20,000 nt of DNA. It comes from Pachysolen tannophilus NRRL Y-2460. Its lineage: Eukaryota. The position numbers were made by a program, and so were the translations under genes. Each line of letters starts with the position of its first letter. The stretch's first letter is position 1. The notes beneath the pieces were generated by a model. That model was given only the letters and a program-made list of their open reading frames with translations. It had not been told where the DNA came from and ran no database searches. Shown here in pieces: positions 17,891 to 20,000 of the stretch. The DNA is taken from NCBI GenBank assembly GCA_001661245.1, contig KV454018.1:927629-947628 (forward strand), in the 5' to 3' direction.

Positions 17891-19081
17891 GGTTACTCAC
17901 GGATTAATAATTGGTCAAAAAAAATTGTCTATAGTTTGAAACTTAATTTTTCTTTTGCAATTTTACAGATGGAAATATAGATTGTCGAGGTTATACCATC
18001 TTATATAGTTATCAAAAAAATGTTGAGCAATTGGGATTCTAATGGACATTGTATAATTGCTGCGAGAGCCAGACTTAAAACCGTTATTTGCGAACATTTG
18101 CGGAGACTATGGAAATAACCAATGTCTGTAACCTCAGAAAAAAGGACATCAATTTTACTCAGTAACTGATTAGCGAGAAAACAAGAAATAATATAAAGTT
18201 TTCAGTCAAATTGCATATGATATGCATCGAGAAATGGATTTTTTATAGAAGGATAGTTTTTTTTTTATATATAGCTTCAACAGTATCAGCGAGGATCAAT
18301 CCTATAATGAAGATCTAATATTGCTGTTTTTACACGTCGCATGAAAAAGTGTAAAAATAAGAGTTACTTTGTTTTGCTAATTAGCAATATTTGTAGCATA
18401 AAAGCAAACGGCTGTAATTAAACGTGAAAGAAGTTGAAAGAAAACAATTTTAACTATAAATCGTTTAGGCTTTATCGATGCTATAAACCGAAGATGATGC
18501 ATAAATTCAAAGTACACCGAAAAACTCCGTTGATAATGCATGAAGAATGCAATGGTTTTCAGGTCTGAAAATTAAATTTTACGAGGCTTCTGTATTCAAA
18601 TAGATGATTGATATACCCACCGGTATCGAGAAAAGTTTAGTTAGAGGAAAGATTAGGGTCTTCTGCAAAAAGTAAAAATATAGAGTTTCGAAAAATGGGT
18701 TCACTATATTATAAAGAAAGATGAAAACTGGGTTTAAAGTTTGAAAGCAAACAGTTTTGTTCTAAATAATACATAACAAAAAATTGAAAGCGATTAACAA
18801 AAGACTCTACAAAAAATAATTTTAACATTTATGATATGGCAGCAATGTATATATTCAATGAGAACATGAAACTGTATTTATCGAGGTGTTAAACATTCCG
18901 TTTAAAAAACACGGAATACAAAGAGATTGTGTATATAAGTAATACTTAAACAAAAAAAACATAATAAGGCTCGAACTTGAAATTACATACTAATGATTCA
19001 ATTTAACTACGTAATGAAATAAGGAATAAACTATCTTTTAATGAAAAAATGAATATTTGCTGTAGAGTGGAGAGTAAAAAA

Positions 19082-19103
19082 TGGTGTAAGTGGTGTGAGG
19101 TGT
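19082..19103 (+). repeat. Degenerate internal telomere-like repeats
   Basis: TGGTGTAAGTGGTGTGAGGTGT, about 2.5 imperfect copies of the terminal 9-mer in the same orientation. Confidence 0.65.
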
Positions 19104-19728
19104 AAACAATATGTGAAGTGAAAAGCTCACCTTTCTTTAATAGTGGAAAAGGAATATATAAGTACTGAATCTGATTTATCTAAAAATACCTCACAAAAGC
19201 GTAGAATATTATTTACTTTTCTTAACAGAAATCTGACAATATCAGCAAAAAGACCGATATAATGGTGTATTTGCTGTAGCTTAGAACGGATACCTTTTCT
19301 ACATTATTAGTCCTCGTTAAGTTGTCATCAGCTCTTACGGCTTTATCTTGCATGTAGATCAATGTAGTGTACATCATAGAAATAAGGACATTTGATACTA
19401 GCTAAATGAAAATTATAGAATTAATTAATAAATAAGATATCGAGTCTAAGTTGAAAAATAAACATGGGTAATATTGTTTTTGAACTGAAGAGACGGAAAA
19501 GGAAACTTGAACGTTTAAATGAAGAGTGTACTGTAGATAAGGTGACTACTACCGATGATCGAAAATTTCCAGGAGTTATTTGACGCAAGAAAAATAATCA
19601 TTGATTAAGACTTTAGAGAGTTATTTAAGTTAGAAGAGAATCAAAAGCTGATATTATAAATTATCAAGCAAAAATTGGGGGAAATTAACAAAACGTTAAT
19701 TTGAAACTATGTTTGGAATAATAGAAGA

Positions 19729-20000
19729 AGTGGTGTGAGTGGTGTGAGTGGTGTGAGTGGTGTGGGTGGTGTGAGTGGTGTGAGTGGTGTGAGTGGTGTG
19801 AGTGGTGTGAGTGGTGTGAGTGGTGTGAGTGGTGTGAGTGGTGTGAGTGGTGTGAGTGGTGTGAGTGGTGTGAGTGGTGTGAGTGGTGTGAGTGGTGTGA
19901 GTGGTGTGAGTGGTGTGAGTGGTGTGAGTGGTGTGAGTGGTGTGAGTGGTGTGAGTGGTGTGAGTGGTGTGAGTGGTGTGAGTGGTGTGAGTGGTGTGAG
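19729..20000 (+). repeat. Putative telomeric array (GGTGTGAGT)n, about 30 copies
   Basis: Period-9 array with no C on the + strand. The G/T-rich strand runs 5'->3' towards the window end. One variant unit (A>G at 19765). Contains the GGTGT core common in budding-yeast telomeres. Confidence 0.88.

Overview
AT-rich budding-yeast (Saccharomycotina) DNA that appears to be the right-hand end of a chromosome. Gene order: 5' part of a YJR124C-like MFS transporter (-), a 302-N gap that is probably false, SEF1 (-), an unrecognised coiled-coil ORF (-), DOT5 (+), GDB1 (+), OXR1 (-), HDA1 (-), an NmrA/isoflavone-reductase-like gene (-), about 1.8 kb of non-coding subtelomere, and about 30 copies of a 9-bp G-rich repeat (GGTGTGAGT)n running to the window end. 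Four signals stand out. (1) The 9-bp repeat looks like an unusual telomere with a very short subtelomere. (2) In-frame CTG codons are distributed as if CUG is not read as Leu, most likely Ala, otherwise Ser, so the supplied translations are probably wrong at CTG. (3) A symmetric array of CTGGAG and CGGA-N-N-A motifs sits upstream of GDB1. (4) HDA1 has an altered C-terminus. All homolog comparisons are from memory and were not computed.
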